Below, one piece after another: positions 26,824 through 31,255 of a stretch of 31,255 bases of DNA. The translations under genes and the position numbers were made by a program. Position 1 is the stretch's first letter; the number at the start of each line of letters is the position of its first letter. The stretch is from NCBI GenBank assembly GCA_051439425.1, contig JBFRWD010000065.1, forward strand, positions 1 to 31,255, given 5' to 3'. Source of the DNA: Synechococcus sp. Lineage in GTDB: Bacteria > Cyanobacteriota > Cyanobacteriia > Thermostichales > PCC-7336. A model generated the notes under the pieces. The model was not told the origin of the DNA, made no database searches, and saw only the letters and a list, made by a program, of their open reading frames with translations.

Positions 26824-28737
26824 CTAGCTTTCGGTGAATTCGGCGTCGATGACATCGTCATCAGCCGCAGTGCTGCCGCCAGCGCTCGCGCCATCGGTAG
26901 CTCCTGCATCGGCCGGTGCACCTTCTGGAGGAGCCGCTTGTTGGTACAGCTCGCTGCTGATGGCATAGAGAGCCTCTTGCAGCGCTGTTTCCTTCGCCTG
27001 AATGGCGTCATCGTCTTCCTTCTGAATTGCTTCTCGCAACTCAACAATCAAGGTCTGCAGATTGTCTTTCTTGTCGGCAGAGATCTTGTCGCCATTATCG
27101 GCAATTTGCTTCTCTGCCTGATAAGCCAAGCTGTCAGCCCGGTTACGACGCTCGATTTTCTCGCGGCGTTCTTTGTCTTCATCGGCGAACTTCTCGGCCT
27201 CGGATACCATGCGATCGACTTCGGAATTGTCCAGAGTCGACGCACCCGTAATCGAGATACTTTGCTCTTTGCCCGTTCCTTTATCTTTTGCGGAAACGTT
27301 GAGCAAACCATTGGCATCGATGTCGAAGGTGACTTCGATTTGAGGCACGCCACGAGGGGCAGGGGGAATACCGTCCAGCTTGAAGCGACCGAGGGACTTG
27401 TTGTCCCGAGCCATTTCACGCTCCCCTTGGATGACGTGAATTTCAACGGAAGACTGGCTGTCTTCGGCTGTCGAGAAGGTCTCGGATTTGCGGGTAGGAA
27501 CGGTGGTGTTTCGGGGGATTAGCTTGGTTGCAACGCCACCTAAGGTTTCGACGCCCAAAGACAGCGGGGTCACGTCTAGCAGTAGGACGTCCTTAACTTC
27601 ACCGCCCAATACGCCAGCTTGAATAGCCGCACCAACTGCAACCACTTCGTCGGGGTTGACCGACTCGTTCGGTGCTTTGCCGATCAGATCTTGAACCAGA
27701 GTCTTAACGGCGGGAATACGGGTGGAACCACCCACTAGTACGACTTCGTCGATGTCAGACTTGCCCAGTTTTGCATCGGCCAGTGCTTGCTCGACCGGAT
27801 GACGGATGCGATCGAACAGTTCGGAGGAAATCTTCTCGAATTGTGCCCGAGATAGCTTCAAATCGAGGTGCTTGGGACCTTCGGCTGTTGCGGTGATAAA
27901 GGGCAGGTTAATGCTGGTTTCGGGAACGCTGGACAGCTCGATCTTGGCTTTTTCTGCAGCTTCAGTCAGACGTTGCAGAGCTTGACGATCTTGACGGAGG
28001 TCAACACCCTCCAACTTTTGGAATTCTGCAGCCAGCCAGTCAACGATCGCCTTGTCAAAGTCGTCACCCCCTAATTGAGTGTCGCCACTGGTAGACTTAA
28101 CTTCAAACACGCCATCGCCCACTTCCAGGACGGAAACGTCAAAAGTACCACCCCCCAAGTCGAACACGAGAATCATCTCGTTGCTCTTGTTATCGAGGCC
28201 GTAGGCCAGCGATGCCGCAGTGGGCTCGTTGATGATTCGCTTGACTTCTAGGCCAGCGATGCGGCCGGCATCTTTGGTGGCTTGACGCTGAGAGTCGTTG
28301 AAGTAGGCAGGAACGGTGATAACGGCCTCGGTAATTGGTTGGCCGAGGTACTTGCTGGCTTCATCTACCAGCTTGCGCAGCACCATTGCCGAAATTTCTT
28401 CGGCAGCGAAATCTTTGCCCTGTCGGGGGCAATTAATCTTGACGTTGCCCTTATCGTCCTTGAAGGCTTTGTAGGGAACTTCGAGGGTGGAAGGGTTGAG
28501 CTCGTCAAACTTGCGACCGATAAACCGCTTGACGGAATAGAAGGTGTTTTCGGGGTTGAGAACTGCTTGGCGACGGGCCATCTGACCGACCAGGCGCTCG
28601 CCGTCTTTGCTGAAACCTACAACGGAGGGGGTGGTGCGGGTACCTTCAGCGTTAGCGATTACGGTGGGCTGGCCCCCTTCCATAACGGCAACCACCGAGT
28701 TAGTGGTTCCCAAGTCAATTCCGACAATTTTGCCCAT
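26824..28737 (-). CDS. dnaK: Molecular chaperone DnaK (Hsp70)
   Basis: [49 protein letters not shown]-terminal DDDVIDAEF. True ATG at 28737 with AGGAGG upstream (637 aa). Confidence 0.97.
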   Translation of the reverse strand: MGKIVGIDLGTTNSVVAVMEGGQPTVIANAEGTRTTPSVVGFSKDGERLVGQMARRQAVLNPENTFYSVKRFIGRKFDELNPSTLEVPYKAFKDDKGNVKINCPRQGKDFAAEEISAMVLRKLVDEASKYLGQPITEAVITVPAYFNDSQRQATKDAGRIAGLEVKRIINEPTAASLAYGLDNKSNEMILVFDLGGGTFDVSVLEVGDGVFEVKSTSGDTQLGGDDFDKAIVDWLAAEFQKLEGVDLRQDRQALQRLTEAAEKAKIELSSVPETSINLPFITATAEGPKHLDLKLSRAQFEKISSELFDRIRHPVEQALADAKLGKSDIDEVVLVGGSTRIPAVKTLVQDLIGKAPNESVNPDEVVAVGAAIQAGVLGGEVKDVLLLDVTPLSLGVETLGGVATKLIPRNTTVPTRKSETFSTAEDSQSSVEIHVIQGEREMARDNKSLGRFKLDGIPPAPRGVPQIEVTFDIDANGLLNVSAKDKGTGKEQSISITGASTLDNSEVDRMVSEAEKFADEDKERREKIERRNRADSLAYQAEKQIADNGDKISADKKDNLQTLIVELREAIQKEDDDAIQAKETALQEALYAISSELYQQAAPPEGAPADAGATDGASAGGSTAADDDVIDAEFTES

Positions 28738-29220
28738 AAATTTCAGCCCTCCTAGCGGCTGCAATTCTGACGTGGTTGATGTTCGCGCTGATTTAGTTCT
28801 GTTCGCATCTTGAGGCAAAGCCCGCGACACGAAAGAGTCTAAAAGCCACGAGAAGACTCGATACCAGCGCGAGATCGAGCCGGTACGGGCCAAGCTTGTT
28901 CCTGAGAAGCAACGCCTAGTTGAATAGGCTTAGAATCCGACCTTGCAACAACCGTCAGCCGTTAGGTCATTGGTGCTGTTGTCGACTTTTACTCTTCTGA
29001 AGAGCGATCGCGACGGCAGGTGGATTCTGGCCCGACGAGGTTATTTGCATGATAAAAAATCAGCTTTGGGAGGACTGTAGAGATAACCCCACCTCAAGTG
29101 TGGTGATTCCCTTGAAGGATGCGGCTAGAGTGCAGGAGTGGTCGGCCCAGCAACAATGTTTGGAGCCCAATAGCCAGACCCGAGAGTAGAAGCCCAACAG
29201 TAGAAGGAGAGAGGACAAGC

Positions 29221-29955
29221 ATGGTGGGACAATCGTGGCGGCTTGAGGTGTTGGCTGACTCTGACAGGATGGTGCAGCGCGGCATTCAGCTATGGCAGCA
29301 GTGGGCGGTTGAGGCGATCGCTGAGCGGGGATTTTTCTCGGTTGCGTTGTCGGGGGGTGGGACTCCGAAAGTGTTTTACGAAGCGCTAGCGGGCGCGGAG
29401 TTGCCGTGGGACAAGGTCTACGTATTTTGGGGGGACGAGCGCTACGTGCCTGCCGATCATCCCGACAGTAATTATCGAATGGCGAAAGAAGCCTTACTCG
29501 ATCGCGTCCCTATTCCCGCCTCTAACGTATTTCCCATGCCCACTCAGGCTGGCAACCCCCAGGCTGACGCAGAGACCTACGCCAAAACCCTGCAGCAGGT
29601 GTTTAACAGTCCGTTGCCCACCATCGACTGCACGTTATTAGGGGTGGGTGGGGACGGCCATACTGCGTCGCTGTTTCCAGGTACAGAAGTCCTTAAGTCT
29701 GAAGCTGCGGTCGCGGTTGGTAACAAAGATGGGGCTCCGCGCATCACTCTGACGTATCCGGCATTGAATGCTAGCAAGCGAGTGGTGTTTTGGATTGCAG
29801 GAGGGGGCAAGGCCGACATTGTCAAAACACTTTTGACAGAGACGGCGGGTTTACCGGCCCAAGCAGTTAATCCTGCCGGGGACTTGATTTGGATTTGCGA
29901 TCGCGCGGCGGCGGCCAAATTACCGTTAGTAGCCTTGAGCGAGTTCTGCAGCTGA
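29221..29955 (+). CDS. pgl: 6-phosphogluconolactonase
   Basis: ALSGGGTPK, FWGDERYVP..HPDSNY, LLGVGGDGHTASLFPG, RITLT. ATG at 29221 with GAGAGGA upstream. Confidence 0.93.
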   Translation: MVGQSWRLEVLADSDRMVQRGIQLWQQWAVEAIAERGFFSVALSGGGTPKVFYEALAGAELPWDKVYVFWGDERYVPADHPDSNYRMAKEALLDRVPIPASNVFPMPTQAGNPQADAETYAKTLQQVFNSPLPTIDCTLLGVGGDGHTASLFPGTEVLKSEAAVAVGNKDGAPRITLTYPALNASKRVVFWIAGGGKADIVKTLLTETAGLPAQAVNPAGDLIWICDRAAAAKLPLVALSEFCS

Positions 29956-30153
29956 TTGCAGATACCTATAGATGACTGGTATTGATGACTGGTACTGATA
30001 CGGACGGTAAACCGAACGTTGTTAAGATCGATATAGCTTTGATTCAACTGGGCTTGAATTCAATATTTGTTTTGCAGGGTTACGTTGCTGCATCAGATGT
30101 TGAGGGTTGAGTCAACATATTCTTACTACACATTCGTACTGCTGGAAGATGCC

Positions 30154-30603
30154 ATGCATCGTTGGATTACGCGCAGCCTCATTGTTTTAATCACCCTCTG
30201 CTTACTGGCATTTCCTAGCCATGTTGCGGCGCGCACTACCCATACGTCCCAAGAGACTATTCATATCTCTGTAGAGCTGGGATCTCCGGAAAATCGCTTT
30301 CATTTTTATCCGGATACGATGCCGTTCAAAGTGGGCAAACAGTACAAGCTGACACTGAGCAACCCCAGTCCGGTGAAGCATTATTTCACGGCGAAAGATT
30401 TTGCTGATGTGGTGTGGACTCGCAAGGTGGATGTTGCCGGGGTTGAGGTGAAAGGAAAGGTGAGCGAACTGGAGCTGAAGCCTGGAGCAGAGGCGGATTG
30501 GGTGTTTGTGCCGGAGAGGGCTGGAGAATATTCGCTCAAGTGCATTGTTCCCGGTCACGAGTTGGCAGGGATGGTTGGCAAGTTGATTGTTGAGGATGCT
30601 TAG
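30154..30603 (+). CDS. Exported cupredoxin-domain (blue-copper-like) protein
   Basis: Signal peptide, NPSPVKHYF His, and C-terminal C-x4-H-x4-M (CIVPGHELAGM) type 1 copper ligand pattern. Confidence 0.85.
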   Translation: MHRWITRSLIVLITLCLLAFPSHVAARTTHTSQETIHISVELGSPENRFHFYPDTMPFKVGKQYKLTLSNPSPVKHYFTAKDFADVVWTRKVDVAGVEVKGKVSELELKPGAEADWVFVPERAGEYSLKCIVPGHELAGMVGKLIVEDA

Positions 30604-30810
30604 AGATTAGCTGGCGAGGGGACGAGAGCTGTAGAAAGCGATGTTTGGAGCCGAGCACGAGAGCGAATGCTCCATTTGATATTGATTTCACCTGGTTGGG
30701 TGAGAGATCTGTTAGGGCAGATGTCGTAACTGTCACGGACTGTTTCCATTTCGGGCGATCTCGAATCAGCGAGACTACACTGCTACGACGTCGAGACTGG
30801 CTGGGAATGT

Positions 30811-31255
30811 ATGGCTCATCTCTCTGCAGCAGACTGGTTGCAGCAGGTTAAAACCGATCGCGTTATTGCCGTCATTCGTACGGACGAGTTATCTGTATCT
30901 ATCAAGCTTGCCGAAACGGCGATCGCGGCGGGAATGCGTCACATCGAAATCACCAGTACCTCCCACCGATTTACGGAGGCGATTGCCCTATTGCGAGAAC
31001 GCTTTCCCGAGATTGCGATTGGTACCGGGACGGTGGTGGACGAGCGGGTGGGAAAGGAGGCGATCGCTGCTGGGGCGCAGTTTGTCTTTAGTCCGTATTT
31101 CACCTCAGAAGTAATGGAATTGGCATTGCAGCGCGATATTGCGATGGTGCCGGGGGCGCTGACGCCGACGGAGATTGGGACGGCTTGGCGGGCTGGGGCG
31201 ACGGCTGTGAAGGTGTTTCCGATTCAGTCGGTGGGGGGAGCACAGTATTTGAAGG
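30811..31255 (+). CDS. eda: KDPG/KHG aldolase Eda (truncated by window end; not in ORF track)
   Basis: Manual translation MAHLSAADWLQQVKTDRVIAVIR...GMRHIEIT...IGTGTV...AGAQFVFSP...PGALTPTEI..AWRAGATAVKVFP. Confidence 0.92.
   Translation, partial: MAHLSAADWLQQVKTDRVIAVIRTDELSVSIKLAETAIAAGMRHIEITSTSHRFTEAIALLRERFPEIAIGTGTVVDERVGKEAIAAGAQFVFSPYFTSEVMELALQRDIAMVPGALTPTEIGTAWRAGATAVKVFPIQSVGGAQYLK

Noticed and set aside
28738..28893. 52-aa N-terminal extension of DnaK in the ORF track
   Set aside because: The canonical [12 protein letters not shown] start at 28737 has its own AGGAGG, so the extension is an ORF-calling artefact. Similar upstream extensions were trimmed for rimO, the GT2, pgl and the cupredoxin.
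28740..29220. CIRCE operator upstream of dnaK
   Set aside because: No TTAGCACTC-N9-GAGTGCTAA match seen.

Overview
A cyanobacterial chromosomal window, judged from an allophycocyanin gene, a cyanobacterial-type RpoZ, abundant HIP1 octamers (GCGATCGC) and STRR-like heptamer repeats. It is mostly core genes: tRNA-Ala(GGC), apcD, a Pro-rich PilT paralogue, a lipid-A-disaccharide-synthase-related GT, MFS plus a probable dgdA, def, an ACT/GcvR-like protein, rpoZ, rimO, GT39/ArnT-like and GT2 glycosyltransferases, dnaJ/dnaK, pgl, a cupredoxin and a truncated eda. Four things stand out. (1) A type I secretion cassette (cytoplasmic parvulin PPIase, cNMP-like/C39-like HlyB ABC transporter, HlyD) whose HlyD is fused in frame to a complete NarL-type receiver domain, with no substrate or kinase gene in view. 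(2) Four diverged copies of a ~105-bp TATAGC-ended MITE-like element within 12.4 kb. (3) A 55-aa minus-strand small protein with a strong RBS and its own terminator, absent from the ORF track, downstream of ~1.1 kb of unexplained non-coding DNA. (4) The left end of an IS630-type element just downstream of the tRNA. All product calls come from motif recognition by eye; no searches were run.
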